A DNA stretch of 64,000 nucleotides from a virus. The stretch spans positions 1 to 64,000 of IMG/VR virus record IMGVR_UViG_3300043783_000034; one strand, given 5' to 3'. Shown here one piece after another: positions 1 through 8,697 of this stretch; the stretch's first letter is position 1; each line of letters opens with the position of its first letter. The position numbers and the translations under genes are program-made. The notes beneath the pieces are model-generated. The model saw nothing but the letters and a program-made list of their open reading frames with translations, did no database searches and was not told the origin of the DNA.

Positions 1-137
1 GCGCCCACACGGCGCGCCTCCTACCCTAGCACCTCTCCCTGTCTTTGGTGCTCGCGGACCTCCGACCGCGCGGCGCTGCCCTGTCGGACATGGCTGTAGT
101 AGGATTTTGTACACAAGCCAAGACAGGCATAATCGCC
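1..137. mobile_element. Probable end of an IS1595-family (ISNwi1-like) element inserted in the AAA ATPase gene
   Basis: ATPase-like sequence stops abruptly after LDPLE. The minus strand then reads GGCGATTATG...GTGTACAAAATCC, matching the ggnnatTAT terminus recalled for ISNwi1-group elements. The rest of the element is outside the window. Confidence 0.45.
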
Positions 138-512
138 TTCGAGCGGATCAAGCGTGAGTTCGCCAAGCAATGCGTCGACGACTGCCTGCGGCGATTGACG
201 CACGCGCTCGCCGCTCGCCAGCGTCACGCGCAATTCCGACGTCATTTCCGCTTTGCCCTTGCGCCTCAAGACGCGCTCGACCTTCATCTCGCCAAGGTCG
301 AGTTCGCACACCGCTTCTTCGCTGCCCTTGCGGATGGGCTCCGGGCCGGCGACCGCACGCCCTTTAAGCGCGATCCAGATCGCGTCGAGCGTCGACGTCT
401 TGCCTTGGCCGTTCTTGCCGGCGATGCGCACCAGCGGGCTGCCGGGTTCGGGCCGAATGGTGACGGCGTTGATGCGCTTAAGTCCCTTCGCGCGCAGTTC
501 GATGATATGCAT
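138..512 (-). pseudogene. 5' fragment of an SMC/Rad50-like AAA ATPase, interrupted
   Basis: Walker A GKNGQGKTS plus LDAIW; GGAG RBS; sequence after position 138 is unrelated. Confidence 0.75.
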
Positions 513-629
513 CGGTGCAATTCTCCAGCGAGTCGGTGACCATAAACGGGTACGCCGCTGACGCCGTCAACCTCGCCCGCCATCTTCTTTCAGACGATGC
601 TCAACAATCGCTGTTGAAAACTTGCCATC

Positions 630-729
630 GGGGACAAGTGAAAAACCTGTCTCTGTCCCCACCTGTCCCCTGTCCCCGATTTGCGCAATAAAATTGCTGT
701 CCCCGACCTGTCCCCGACCACTTGTCCCC
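630..729 (+). repeat. TGTCCCC iteron-like cluster (6 direct, 1 inverted); candidate replication origin
   Basis: Copies at 654, 664, 671, 698, 709, 723 and inverted at 630, followed by an AT-rich stretch and (CG)6 at 786-797. Confidence 0.7.
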
Positions 730-978
730 TCGTTTAATTGATTGATATGACAACGATAATAACGGATTCACCTGCCGATTTCCCTCGCGCGCGCGCGATT
801 CAGAGTCTCCTATAAGAAGATAGGATTCGTTGAAAGGCCGAGTCCGCGCCGTCGCTAGGCCTGACGGCCGCTCCGGCGGTCGGCGAACATTTGTCCGATG
901 GCGGGCACTGCGGTTGACGCCGTCGCCGACGCAGCCTTACGGTCGCCGCTGCGGTGGCAGAATCGGAAAGGATTTGTG

Positions 979-1500
979 ATGGCGAACGCGGCGATCTGGA
1001 CCGACGAACAACTCGGTGTGCTCGTGCGAATGGCGGCCGGCGGCGAGGCCTACGACGCGATTGCGAGGGCTATCCGTCGCGACGGCAACGACGTACTGCG
1101 CAAAGCCGCCGAGTTGAAAATCAGGCTGGTCAGGTCTGGCGTGGCGCCGCAGCGAATCGAAGTTCGGCACCGGCCAATTGCCATTCCCGAAGAGGCAGCA
1201 CCGGTGCCGGTGGCCCGTAGACCGCCCCGCAATCCTGTTGCGGAGGCCGCTGATGCGGCAGACGTCCGAGCCCTGGGGGGGTGCAGCCTGGTATCATATC
1301 CGGAGCGCTGGCGCGGCGCGCCGCTCGCGGTGCTGAAACTCGAGCCGGAAGCTTGCCGATGGCCTGTCGGCGACGCCAAGAGCCAGGATTTCCATTTTTG
1401 CAGTGCCGAGCGCGTGATACTGCCGCGCCGCGGCGGTGAAACTCAACCCTCGATGGCGCCCTATTGCAGCCACCACCACCGAATCGCAACGGGAGGATAA
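979..1500 (+). CDS. gcrA: GcrA-family transcriptional regulator
   Basis: N-terminal WTDEQL; C-terminal CRWPVGD...FHFC...PYCSHH signature. Confidence 0.85.
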   Translation: MANAAIWTDEQLGVLVRMAAGGEAYDAIARAIRRDGNDVLRKAAELKIRLVRSGVAPQRIEVRHRPIAIPEEAAPVPVARRPPRNPVAEAADAADVRALGGCSLVSYPERWRGAPLAVLKLEPEACRWPVGDAKSQDFHFCSAERVILPRRGGETQPSMAPYCSHHHRIATGG

Positions 1501-1508
1501 ACGATCCC

Positions 1509-2126
1509 ATGGGACGCAAACCTCGCTCGCCCAAACCGAAAACCGAACCTGCACAAGCCGAACCGGGCCACAATAGCGGCGGCATCACCGACCAGCAGCA
1601 GGAAGCGCTGTGGTTCCAGCACCGCGGCCAGCTGGTGAACCTGCAGGGTCAGATCGACGCGCTCGTCGCCAAAAAGCGGAATGTTTACAAATCCCTCAAG
1701 GCTAATCTCGGCATCACGAAGACCGAGGCCGATTACGCGATTGGCCTTGCGGACGACGCCGACAACAAGGCGCTCCATTCGCACCGCCGGCGTATGATGC
1801 TGGCGCGCTGGGAGAACCACCCGATCGGAACCCAAGCCGACATGTTCGACGACGTCGACCGAACCCCCGGTGTCCAGAAGGCCTACAATGCCGGCAAGAA
1901 AGTTGGGTTTCTCGGCGAGCCGTGCAGTCCGCCGCACGATCCGGCAACCGAGCAGGCGCAGCGGTGGATCGCTGGCTGGCAGGACGGACAAGCCGCCAAG
2001 CTCGGGAAGGGCATCACGCCCCTCGCAAATGGCACCGATGGACAGGATGTGCGGCCGCGCTCGCTGCAGACCGGTGACACTGCCCCAGGCGTGAATGTGC
2101 CACTTGAGACGGGCGACGACCTTTGA
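1509..2126 (+). CDS. Hypothetical; GapR/DUF2312-like coiled region plus Rmf-like C-terminal motif
   Basis: GHNS...KRNVYKSLKANLG; AYNAG..GEPCSPP...WIAGWQDG. Confidence 0.5.
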   Translation: MGRKPRSPKPKTEPAQAEPGHNSGGITDQQQEALWFQHRGQLVNLQGQIDALVAKKRNVYKSLKANLGITKTEADYAIGLADDADNKALHSHRRRMMLARWENHPIGTQADMFDDVDRTPGVQKAYNAGKKVGFLGEPCSPPHDPATEQAQRWIAGWQDGQAAKLGKGITPLANGTDGQDVRPRSLQTGDTAPGVNVPLETGDDL

Positions 2127-2659
2127 CTAGCAGCGGCCTTTTCGTCGATCAGGTCATGGCCGCTGACCAGAAGGTCGCGGCCCAAGTTCCCATCGCGAAG
2201 CGGCCACCAGATCTCGCCGTCTATCTGCCCGGCGCGCCGCGCGGGAAGGGGCGGCCGCGCTCGCGCATCGCCAAGAGCAAGACCGGCAATCAATTCGTCG
2301 CGGTATATACGGATGCCGAAACGCGAAACTACGAGGCTATGCTGCGCTATGGGGGCCAGGAAGCCGCAAAGAAAGCAGGCTTCGCGGGGCCGCTCGATTG
2401 TGCGCTGCGCGTGCGCGTGACGGCCGTGTTTGCGGTCCCTGTAAGTTGGTCGAAGCGCGATAAGGCGGCCGCGATTGGCGGCCTGATTCGTCATACGTCA
2501 AAGCCTGACTGCGACAATCTGGTGAAGACGCTCGACGCGCTCAACGGCGTGGTGTGGCGCGATGATTCGCTGATCGTCGAAATGGTCATTAGAAAATTTT
2601 ATGGAGAAGTGCCGGGCCTTCACATCGAGATCTGGCGGTTCACCGGAGGACTCGTGTGA
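2123..2659 (+). CDS. rusA: RusA-family Holliday junction resolvase
   Basis: KPDCDNLVK..DALNGVVWRDDSLIV. Confidence 0.9.
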   Translation: MTSSGLFVDQVMAADQKVAAQVPIAKRPPDLAVYLPGAPRGKGRPRSRIAKSKTGNQFVAVYTDAETRNYEAMLRYGGQEAAKKAGFAGPLDCALRVRVTAVFAVPVSWSKRDKAAAIGGLIRHTSKPDCDNLVKTLDALNGVVWRDDSLIVEMVIRKFYGEVPGLHIEIWRFTGGLV

Positions 2660-3312
2660 GCGATTCCTTTCATGGACTACCGCGCGGACATTTCAAAGCC
2701 ATTCTCTGTGACCCGCCGTGGCGCTTTGCGACGTGGAATAATCAAACGGCGATCCCGCAGCATAGAGGATCCAACCATAGTTCAGCGTCGCACTTCGAAA
2801 CGATGACAACGAGAGATTTGGAGCGTCTTCCGGTCGAAAACTTGGCCGCCAAAGATTGTGCTCTATTTTTGTGGGCTACTTGGCCGATGCTCAATGAAGC
2901 GCTCGAAGTCATCAAGGCATGGCGATTCGAATATAAAACCTGCGCTTTCGATTGGATGAAAGCGCACGTCGGTCAGATCGATCTTTTCCGCGACGAAGGC
3001 GATGCCTTGATGGGCATGGGATATTGGACGCGGGCCAACAGCGAGCCTTGTCTGCTCGCGACGCGCGGAAAACCTAAACGACTTAGTGCCGCCGTTCGCA
3101 TGGGGATTATCGAGCCGCGCCGCGAACATTCGCGAAAACCAGAATGCGTTCATGATCGCATCCAAAGTCTTGTCGCTGGGCCCTATCTCGAATTGTTTGC
3201 CCGGCAATCGCGCCACGGCTGGACGACATGGGGAAACGAAGCGACCAAGTTCGACCGAAAGGCCGGCGTTGTTGACGCCGCGCGCGAGTTACCAATGAAT
3301 CCTGTCCCGTAA
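2656..3312 (+). CDS. MT-A70 family adenine methyltransferase
   Basis: DPPW, LFLWAT, GMGYWTRANSE, HSRKP, LELFAR. Confidence 0.92.
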   Translation: MSDSFHGLPRGHFKAILCDPPWRFATWNNQTAIPQHRGSNHSSASHFETMTTRDLERLPVENLAAKDCALFLWATWPMLNEALEVIKAWRFEYKTCAFDWMKAHVGQIDLFRDEGDALMGMGYWTRANSEPCLLATRGKPKRLSAAVRMGIIEPRREHSRKPECVHDRIQSLVAGPYLELFARQSRHGWTTWGNEATKFDRKAGVVDAARELPMNPVP

Positions 3313-3324
3313 CGCGGGGCGGAA

Positions 3325-5715
3325 ATGGCGCGGCGATTCCCGGATTATTTCCTTGAAGAATTAAAGCGCGCGCTCAAGCCGTCCGTGGTTGTCGGCAAAT
3401 ACCGGCAACTACGTCGGGAAGGCCGGGAATACGTCGACAAGGCCAACCCGTCGTTTCACGTCAACGATCAGAAGAACTTCATCAAGGACTTCGGGGCGGG
3501 CGGCGGCAAAGCCTGCGACATCATCGAATTTGTGATGCAGGAAACCGGCTGCGATTTCAGCCAAGCGGTCGAAGAACTTGCGCACATGGCCGGATTGTCG
3601 CTGCCAAAGGAATCATCTGCGCGCTCGCCAGCGCCGGTCAAAAATGAACCCGGACCGCCGCCTGATGAGGGCGGCGACCCGGGATATGCCATCGCAACGC
3701 AGACGCAAACCTCTCCGCAGCCGGAAGGGGGCGGCGGCTTAACGGATCGCCAACGAATCGTCAAGACGTATCCATACGTGGACGCCGATGGCGGGACGAT
3801 CTTCGAAGTGTGCCGACTGGAATGGCTGAAAGACGGCAGGCGCATGAAGTCGTTCCGGCAGCGCCGCCCGGCGCCCGGCCGACCTGGCCGCTGGCTGTGG
3901 GGTCTTGAGGCGGGCACATACATTCGGCCACGATGGTCGCCGGATACATTCTCGCTCGCGAATGAAGACCGCAAGAATTGGGATGTCGCCGAGCGGATCG
4001 AGATCGAGGATGCCGCGCCGCGGGTGCTCTATCGGCTCGACGAATTGTCGGTCGAACTCGCGCAGCCGATCGAGGACCGACGCACCATTTGGGTGCCTGA
4101 GGGTGAAAAAGATACGGATACGCTTGCCGAGTGGGGGCTGTGCGGCACCTGCGTTCCCGGCGGCGCCAAGAACTTCGAGCCATGGCAGGCTGACATGCTC
4201 GCCGGCTGCGACGTCGTCATTCCCATGGATAACGATGCGGCTGGCCGCAAGGCCGCGCACGGAAAGGCGGCGGCGCTCCGCGGGAAGGCCGCACGCATTC
4301 GTGTGATCGACTTCCGTTTGCACTGGCTGGCATGCCCGGAAAAGGGCGACGTGACGGATTGGCGCGATCACGCCGGCGGCAATGCCGCGAAGCTTCTCGC
4401 CATCCTCGACAAAACGCCGGATTGGACACCCGAACCGCCCGAGTCGGTGTTCAGCGCCATCCGCTTCGTCGACGTCGATCGTCCCGGACGCGAGCTCGAA
4501 TGGTTGATAAAGGGCGTGCTCACACGTGGTGAGGTATCGATCTGGTGGGGTCCCCCAGGATGCGGCAAAAGTTTCCTCATAATCGACGCTGGCTTCGCGA
4601 TTGCGCGCGGGGGCACTTGGTTCGGCCAGCGCGTCAAGCAGGGCCTCGTCGTCTACCAGGCCGGCGAGGGCGGCCTCGGCATCAAGCGCCGCATCCGCGC
4701 CTATCGGCAGCGCCACCACGTCGACGCGCTCGACAACCTGCCCTTCGTGCTCCTGCCGAAGCCAGTGAATCTTTACGTCGACGATGCTGACACGAAGAAA
4801 ATCGTCGAGGAAATCAAGCAGTGGGCGGCCTATTACGATAGCCCGCTCGAACTCGTGGTGATCGACACATTCAGCGCAGCGTCGACCGGCGCCAATGAAA
4901 ATGCGAGCGAAGACGTCGGCCGCGTGCAGCAGCGCTGCCGTTACATCGCCGGCGAGACCGGCGCGCACGTCGCGCTCGTGCATCACACACCCAAGGCGGG
5001 CGGATCCCCGCGTGGCTGGGGCGGCTTTACCGGCAACGTCGACAACTCGATCGAGGTCATGCTCACGGAGCAGATGAACTCGCACGTGCGCTCGGATGGC
5101 ACCACGCTGCGCCGACCGATCCACCAATTCTGGATCCGCAAGCAGAAGGACGAAAAGCAAAACGAGCACTGGAATTTCGTGCTGCCGCAGGTCCGCCTCG
5201 GGACGGATGCGGACGGTGATCCGATCACGTCCTGCGTCGTTGAAGAAGTAGTCGACCGCATCACCGGGCCGCGCGCCGTGGTGCCGCCAGGCTATCTCGT
5301 GCCGAAGGGGCCCAACACTGTCCCGGTGCTCAACGCGCTCATCAGCGCCATTATCCGCCTTGGCCGGCAGCCTCCTAAGGAAATCGGGGCACCTGATTGG
5401 ACGCGCGCGGTCACAGTGACCGAGTGGCGCGGCGCCTTGATGAAGCAGCTCGATGCCGGCGAGCAGCCGGGCACCAAGGAATACAAAACCCTCAAGGAGC
5501 GCGTCGACAAGGCGATCGAGCGCACCTATGGGGCGGCGCGCTGGGACGATCCGAAGGGCGCCAACAATATTATCGTGAAGTCGGGTGAGTGGATCTGGCG
5601 GACGTCGCGCATGGTACACGGCGTCGACGAGCCGCCGGCCCCGCCGTTGCCGGCCGAAAAGCCGGCCGGTCCGCTTTTGGGCGATGCCGACATGATTCCG
5701 TTCGGCAACCGATAA
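3325..5715 (+). CDS. Primase-helicase (TOPRIM plus RepA/AAA_25 helicase)
   Basis: EGEKD and DND TOPRIM motifs; GPPGCGKS Walker A; VVIDT; LVHH. Confidence 0.9.
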   Translation: MARRFPDYFLEELKRALKPSVVVGKYRQLRREGREYVDKANPSFHVNDQKNFIKDFGAGGGKACDIIEFVMQETGCDFSQAVEELAHMAGLSLPKESSARSPAPVKNEPGPPPDEGGDPGYAIATQTQTSPQPEGGGGLTDRQRIVKTYPYVDADGGTIFEVCRLEWLKDGRRMKSFRQRRPAPGRPGRWLWGLEAGTYIRPRWSPDTFSLANEDRKNWDVAERIEIEDAAPRVLYRLDELSVELAQPIEDRRTIWVPEGEKDTDTLAEWGLCGTCVPGGAKNFEPWQADMLAGCDVVIPMDNDAAGRKAAHGKAAALRGKAARIRVIDFRLHWLACPEKGDVTDWRDHAGGNAAKLLAILDKTPDWTPEPPESVFSAIRFVDVDRPGRELEWLIKGVLTRGEVSIWWGPPGCGKSFLIIDAGFAIARGGTWFGQRVKQGLVVYQAGEGGLGIKRRIRAYRQRHHVDALDNLPFVLLPKPVNLYVDDADTKKIVEEIKQWAAYYDSPLELVVIDTFSAASTGANENASEDVGRVQQRCRYIAGETGAHVALVHHTPKAGGSPRGWGGFTGNVDNSIEVMLTEQMNSHVRSDGTTLRRPIHQFWIRKQKDEKQNEHWNFVLPQVRLGTDADGDPITSCVVEEVVDRITGPRAVVPPGYLVPKGPNTVPVLNALISAIIRLGRQPPKEIGAPDWTRAVTVTEWRGALMKQLDAGEQPGTKEYKTLKERVDKAIERTYGAARWDDPKGANNIIVKSGEWIWRTSRMVHGVDEPPAPPLPAEKPAGPLLGDADMIPFGNR

Positions 5716-5718
5716 ATT

Positions 5719-5793
5719 GTATTGACAATGGCGCGTAAATTACTATTCTCGCGGTCGTCACTTGGGCCTTCTGGCCCGCCCTCACAGAGGAGA
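5719..5793 (+). promoter_or_regulatory. Sigma70-like promoter plus conserved leader/RBS (copy 1)
   Basis: TTGACA-16-TATTCT; GGCCCGCCCTCACAGAGGAGA also present at 10967-10987 on the minus strand. Confidence 0.65.
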
Positions 5794-5802
5794 ACGACGC
5801 AC

Positions 5803-6123
5803 ATGGACAAATTCCAAGCCGAATGCCTGCTCGAAGATGCGGTCCGCGAAGCGCGCGACGGTCGCTGCTACGAATGCCAGCACTGCGGCCGCACAGCGCC
5901 TTGGTGGGAAAAGGCCGAAGACATCGACCATCAAATTACCTGCGATGTGCTGCGCGCGCGAGCGGTCTTGGTTGACGGCGAGCGCGTCAAGCACAAGAAC
6001 GATGATCGGCACGTAGGGCGCGTTGGGGTGGTGCTTTTCACTCCGGCGGGATGGATCGCCGAGGTCAAATGGGGCGGTATGACGTCGACCGAGGACGTGT
6101 GCGATTTACAGGTGCAATCGTGA
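5803..6123 (+). CDS. Hypothetical, CxxC-containing
   Basis: AGAGGAG RBS, ECQHCG. Confidence 0.65.
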   Translation: MDKFQAECLLEDAVREARDGRCYECQHCGRTAPWWEKAEDIDHQITCDVLRARAVLVDGERVKHKNDDRHVGRVGVVLFTPAGWIAEVKWGGMTSTEDVCDLQVQS

Positions 6124-6353
6124 GGACAACTCGGGATATGTCGCGCAGGGAGTTGAGGACGATCACCGGCGACTTTCGTCACCTCAGCGATACGGCACGC
6201 GACATTGCGATCATGGCCGGCTGGCGCGCTGGCAAGAATACTCGTGAAATTGCCATTGCCATGGGTCTCAAGGAGTGGGAGGTCTCTTTTCGGCTTCCGA
6301 GGCTGATCGCAAATCGGAAGGCGATACAGCATCGGTCGGCCTCAGGAGAATAG
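6120..6353 (+). CDS. Small HTH protein
   Basis: GTGA overlap; GKNTREIAIAMGL; resembles 8401-8616. Confidence 0.6.
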   Translation: MRTTRDMSRRELRTITGDFRHLSDTARDIAIMAGWRAGKNTREIAIAMGLKEWEVSFRLPRLIANRKAIQHRSASGE

Positions 6354-6361
6354 AGCGGCTC

Positions 6362-7935
6362 TTAACGTCTTCCCCTGCCTGAAGGGAGGGGATTTCTTCA
6401 GCAAGAGGACGACGTTCCGCCCCGGCAAAGCAACAGATTCCGAGCCGCGTTGACATCGCGATCGTGCGAAGCACCACAGTCAAAGCAGTCCCAATGCCTT
6501 ATTCCAAGACCTGCGATACCTTTAGGGCCGCCAACTGCACCGCAGTCGGAACAGGTCTGGGTCGAGAGCCTTTCGCGGACGATTTCGAATGCAACGCCGT
6601 GCCTCAAGGCTTTGTAGCGGAGTTGCTCTCGGAACATCGACCAGCCCGCATCAAGCACGGATTTCGCCATCCGCGTCTTGGCAAGCCCGGACGCATTCAC
6701 GTCGCCGACAATGACACGGCCGTGCTCGCGCACGATCCGCGTCGAGTTCACATGCAGGAAGTGTTTTCTGCAATTCTTGGTCTTGGCGTGCAGCGCCGTA
6801 GCGCACCGCTTCTGTCCTCGTTGCTGCGCCAGCGCAAGCCGCGCCTCGTGCCGCCGGTAGAACGCCGGCATCTCGATCTTGCGGCCGTCCGACAGCGTGG
6901 CAAGGTCTTTCAGCCCGAGGTCGATTGCGACCGCGGCGCCGGTCTTCGTCGCCGATTCAGCAACCTCGATCTGGAGATTGAAGTACCAGCGCCCGCGAGC
7001 ATCTTCGGCAAAGCACGCGGTCTTGATCTCGGCGTCGGCCGGGATGTTGCGGGAGAACCACAGCCGGTATGTGCGACCAAGAACGACGATCGATCCGCTC
7101 GCTTCGTCGATGCGGAAGGCGCGTGGTGCGTTGAACGGTACCCATCCGAGCGTGCCCTTCTTGCGCGATCGCCAGCGCGGACATTGCCGGTGCGTATCGC
7201 GCGATTGGACGAACTGCCGGGCGACGGTACCGACCGTGTCGCTGTGGATTCCCAACTCGCCACTGGCACCGGTCATCAGGCGCACGAAATCAAACGTGCT
7301 TGGCCATCGCGTATTCGTGCCGCCGTGTCGGCGTCGCTGTGCTTCGCGCTGCGTCGCGCAACAGTAATTCCACGCATAATTCACCGCCCCGGCCATGCGC
7401 CGCAGATGCTTGGCGCTGGTCTTATCCTTGACGCGGTAGCGGTAAGTAAGGATCATGCCCCGCAACCTACTTGGTCTGAGGGCACAATGCAAGACATCCG
7501 CACCGGCCGTTACGTCGTTTATAGCATCCACGCGCATTTGGTCTTTGTCACGAAATACCGCCGCGACGTGCTATCGGCGCTGGCGATCGAAGACCTGCGC
7601 AGAATCTTCGCCAAGGTATGTCGCGATTTCGGCGCTGAACTGAAGGAATGCAACGGCGAGGACGATCACGTGCATCTGTTGGTGTTCTATCCGCCGAAGG
7701 TCGCGCTCTCGAAACTAGTCAATAGCCTAAAGGGCGTATCCAGTCGGCTTTTGCGCGAGGAAAGGCCGGAAATCACCGGCCGCTACAAGACCGGCGTCCT
7801 GTGGTCGCCGTCCTACTTCGCCGCTTCGTGCGGCGGAGCACCGCTCTCGGTCATTGCCGAGTACATCAAATCTCAAAGGGAGGCGCCGCTTCCTCCCCGT
7901 CCTGAAGGACGGGGTTTCTGCGGCGCAAAAAGACG
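6362..7935. mobile_element. IS200/IS605-family element with divergent tnpA and tnpB
   Basis: Subterminal hairpins at ~6371-6392 and ~7894-7914; right end ...GACGTTAA on the minus strand; target TCAT at 7936-7939. Confidence 0.9.
6398..7456 (-). CDS. tnpB: RNA-guided endonuclease TnpB, rearranged RuvC-II
   Basis: TYRYR, IDLG, VGDV, VRERLSTQTCSDCG, HDRDVNAARN. Confidence 0.95.
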   Translation of the reverse strand: MILTYRYRVKDKTSAKHLRRMAGAVNYAWNYCCATQREAQRRRHGGTNTRWPSTFDFVRLMTGASGELGIHSDTVGTVARQFVQSRDTHRQCPRWRSRKKGTLGWVPFNAPRAFRIDEASGSIVVLGRTYRLWFSRNIPADAEIKTACFAEDARGRWYFNLQIEVAESATKTGAAVAIDLGLKDLATLSDGRKIEMPAFYRRHEARLALAQQRGQKRCATALHAKTKNCRKHFLHVNSTRIVREHGRVIVGDVNASGLAKTRMAKSVLDAGWSMFREQLRYKALRHGVAFEIVRERLSTQTCSDCGAVGGPKGIAGLGIRHWDCFDCGASHDRDVNAARNLLLCRGGTSSSC

Positions 7936-7939
7936 ATGA
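7487..7939 (+). CDS. tnpA: Y1 HUH transposase
   Basis: HLVFVTKYRR, DHVHL, LWSPSYF, EYI. Confidence 0.95.
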   Translation: MQDIRTGRYVVYSIHAHLVFVTKYRRDVLSALAIEDLRRIFAKVCRDFGAELKECNGEDDHVHLLVFYPPKVALSKLVNSLKGVSSRLLREERPEITGRYKTGVLWSPSYFAASCGGAPLSVIAEYIKSQREAPLPPRPEGRGFCGAKRR

Positions 7940-8046
7940 GTGGGATGGTGTGTGGCGCCTTTTGGGCGCTCGTCGAGTTGCTGGCTCTTGGGGCCTTCCT
8001 GGCATTCCTGTTCACCCTCGGCGCGTGGTTGTCGGGCGCGCTGTGA
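7936..8046 (+). CDS. 36-aa single-TM protein
   Basis: MSGMVCGAFWALVELLALGAFLAFLFTLGAWLSGAL; coupled to the next ORF. Confidence 0.55.
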   Translation: MSGMVCGAFWALVELLALGAFLAFLFTLGAWLSGAL

Positions 8047-8321
8047 CGGGCGACGATCTGCGTGAATTACGCCGAGGCGCCGGTCTGACGGCTGTCGACG
8101 TCGCCTTTCTGGTCGGCGCGGGGTCTTCTGGCGGCAACGGAAGCACCATGCGCCGGAAGATCGCTCGGCTGGAGGGCCTGCGCGGGAAAGTACTTCCGAG
8201 CTATGCCCTCATCAACTTGCGCCGAGCGGTCGCACAGGACGAAACATTGCGCTTGCGTCTCTCGGGGACAAGCCAGGGACGCCATATATTGCGGCGTTTG
8301 GCCGCCAACTTGCCAATCTAG
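8043..8321 (+). CDS. XRE-like HTH protein
   Basis: MTGDDLRELRRGAGLT..DVAFLVG. Confidence 0.6.
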   Translation: MTGDDLRELRRGAGLTAVDVAFLVGAGSSGGNGSTMRRKIARLEGLRGKVLPSYALINLRRAVAQDETLRLRLSGTSQGRHILRRLAANLPI

Positions 8322-8396
8322 TACAAGATATTGACGCATCGTCACAAAGCACATAATGCTGCAGCAGGGGACAGAGCCGGGGACAAGCCGGGGACA
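8264..8396 (-). repeat. Second iteron-like cluster (GGGGACA x4)
   Basis: 8264, 8367, 8379, 8390; reverse complement of the 654-729 repeats. Confidence 0.65.
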
Positions 8397-8400
8397 GCCC

Positions 8401-8616
8401 ATGAACAGCAGCATTGATGCCGCCATACTTGCGAACTTCCGCGCGCATCGCACGACGTCGCAAATCGCACGTACGCTTGGCCTTGCGGAGCGGGTGGTCG
8501 CCGACCGGTTGCGGGAACTGCTCGAACGATGCCCGGCAGAGCGCCGACGTATAGCCCGCCGAGCGCTGCGCCTTGTCGAGCGTCGCATGGGTGTAAAGGC
8601 CACCAAGGTCGCCTGA
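8401..8616 (+). CDS. Small HTH protein
   Basis: TTSQIARTLGLAERVV. Confidence 0.6.
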   Translation: MNSSIDAAILANFRAHRTTSQIARTLGLAERVVADRLRELLERCPAERRRIARRALRLVERRMGVKATKVA

Positions 8617-8622
8617 TCCCCG

Positions 8623-8638
8623 CGTTTCACGTGAAACA
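8623..8638. promoter_or_regulatory. parS: Chromosomal-type parS site
   Basis: CGTTTCACGTGAAACA, 15/16 match to TGTTTCACGTGAAACA, intergenic. Confidence 0.85.
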
Positions 8639-8697
8639 CCTTGCTTGCGCGCCGGCGCTCGCGCTTCTACAAGCCGAGCGGAACGGAGGACAGGCGC

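Noticed and set aside
1-30. Group II intron 3' end (CCTACCCTA)
   Set aside because: No domain V visible; the junction at 137 is better explained by an IS end
630-729. CRISPR array
   Set aside because: 7-bp units with irregular short spacing; no cas genes
734-748. CtrA box at the candidate origin
   Set aside because: Only one TTAA half-site
3739-5619. 626-aa minus-strand ORF, and similar long antisense ORFs at 13190, 22442, 25882, 31899 and 55991
   Set aside because: Shadow frames of well-supported genes in GC-rich DNA; no recognisable motifs
5680-5712. SSB-tail-like DMIPF at the end of the primase-helicase
   Set aside because: Not terminal and too short to support mimicry
6464-7486. Long N-terminal extension of TnpA in the ORF track
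   Set aside because: It is antisense to tnpB; TnpA similarity starts at ATG 7487
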